Of a DNA stretch of 64,000 bases, positions 63,074-64,000 are shown piece after piece. Source of the DNA: Malacoraja senta. Taxonomy: Eukaryota. The stretch's first letter is position 1; each line of letters opens with the position of its first letter. The position numbers were made by a program, and so were the translations under genes. The notes beneath the pieces were generated by a model. The model was not told the DNA's origin. It did no database searches and saw only the letters and a list, made by a program, of their open reading frames with translations. The stretch is from positions 49,662,001 through 49,726,000 of the forward strand of contig CM075983.1 in assembly GCA_038087875.1 (NCBI GenBank). The letters are read 5' to 3'.

Positions 63074-64000
63074 TATACCTTAAGATTCTATTTCACTCCA
63101 GTACATTATCTGCATAATGGTCGTATCGCCAGGACCATAATGCACTTATATCTTAAATATGCTCCTATTTCTTTTGCTGCCTTTGCAATTTTTTAAATTT
63201 ATACTGTTTACTTTTCTGATTGCTCTAATTTTTTTAAATTTCACAGGACATATATGTATTTGGCTATGATAGGATTTGTTTCCAACCTGATTGTTCCTTA
63301 AAGGTCAAATACTAAGACTCTCTATGGGTCTGGAGTCAAACATAGGCCAGACCACTGTGGCAGATTTCCTTCTCTGAAGAATATTACTGAAGCCGTTTGT
63401 ACCACAATCTCACAGCTATATGCTTGAGTATGTATTTATGTTTCTAGCTCAATAGCCCAGAACTCCAGATGCTTATCCAGTAATTTAACTGCATAACGCT
63501 CATTGATAAGCATACCTGACCTTTGCTGGAGTTATTTATAGCATATTTATCAATATTGTAATTCCTAATATTTCTCAACCTTCTCTTTCTTTTTAAAGAT
63601 CCTTAAGCTTGGAATACTTAGCTCCAAATCATGTTCAGGCTGTCGACATAACTCTAGAAAGCCTATAACATCAGACTCCTCCCCCCCCCCACTAAACTTA
63701 AGTATGAAGTCTATAATTTATTTCCTTCTGTTGAAGTTATTTGTGTCCGATCTCTAATCCAAGGCATAGACTTCAATCTGCCTATTTGTCCTGCTGATCC
63801 TTTTCTTGTTTGCTGACTTGGAGAATATTGTTTTTCTTCTTGCATAGGAAACACTGAAAGGATCTTACCTCATCTGTGCCCCTAAAACAGATTCTGCGGG
63901 TGTGTCGGGGTGGGAAATGTGCAAAGTATTTCATAGATCATTTGAATTGCAACCTAGAAGAATAATAATGTTGTGGAACTTGGTTCTGCCTCAAATATCT

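Overview
Vertebrate genomic DNA, most likely a cartilaginous fish (skate/ray/shark; inferred from a V-SINE/HE1-like SINE, CR1-like LINEs and the overall repeat complement). The window lies inside the androgen receptor (AR/NR3C4) gene on the minus strand. Two coding exons are visible: the 117-bp second-zinc-finger exon (49593-49709) and the 297-bp hinge/start-of-LBD exon (9204-9500), separated by a ~40-kb intron; I did not find the neighbouring exons in the window. The rest is intron packed with nested transposable elements: three Tc1 copies, a tRNA-Pro-primed endogenous retrovirus remnant, a DIRS1-type tyrosine-recombinase retrotransposon with intact ITR/ICR ends, Penelope-like GIY-YIG fragments with minimal hammerhead motifs, non-autonomous Helitrons, MITEs and LINE fragments (CR1, RTE, Rex1/Babar, Vingi-like). 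There are two assembly gaps. The most unusual structure is a young, 5'-truncated Hero-clade (R2-superfamily, RT + restriction-like endonuclease) retrotransposon at 25721-29210, flanked by a near-perfect 1,955-bp direct duplication of its target, with a snap-back hairpin and 4-nt microhomology at its 5' junction. Nearby is a 73-nt patchwork copied from two local sites, one of which coincides with the duplication breakpoint. All family assignments come from recognising motifs by eye, not from database searches.
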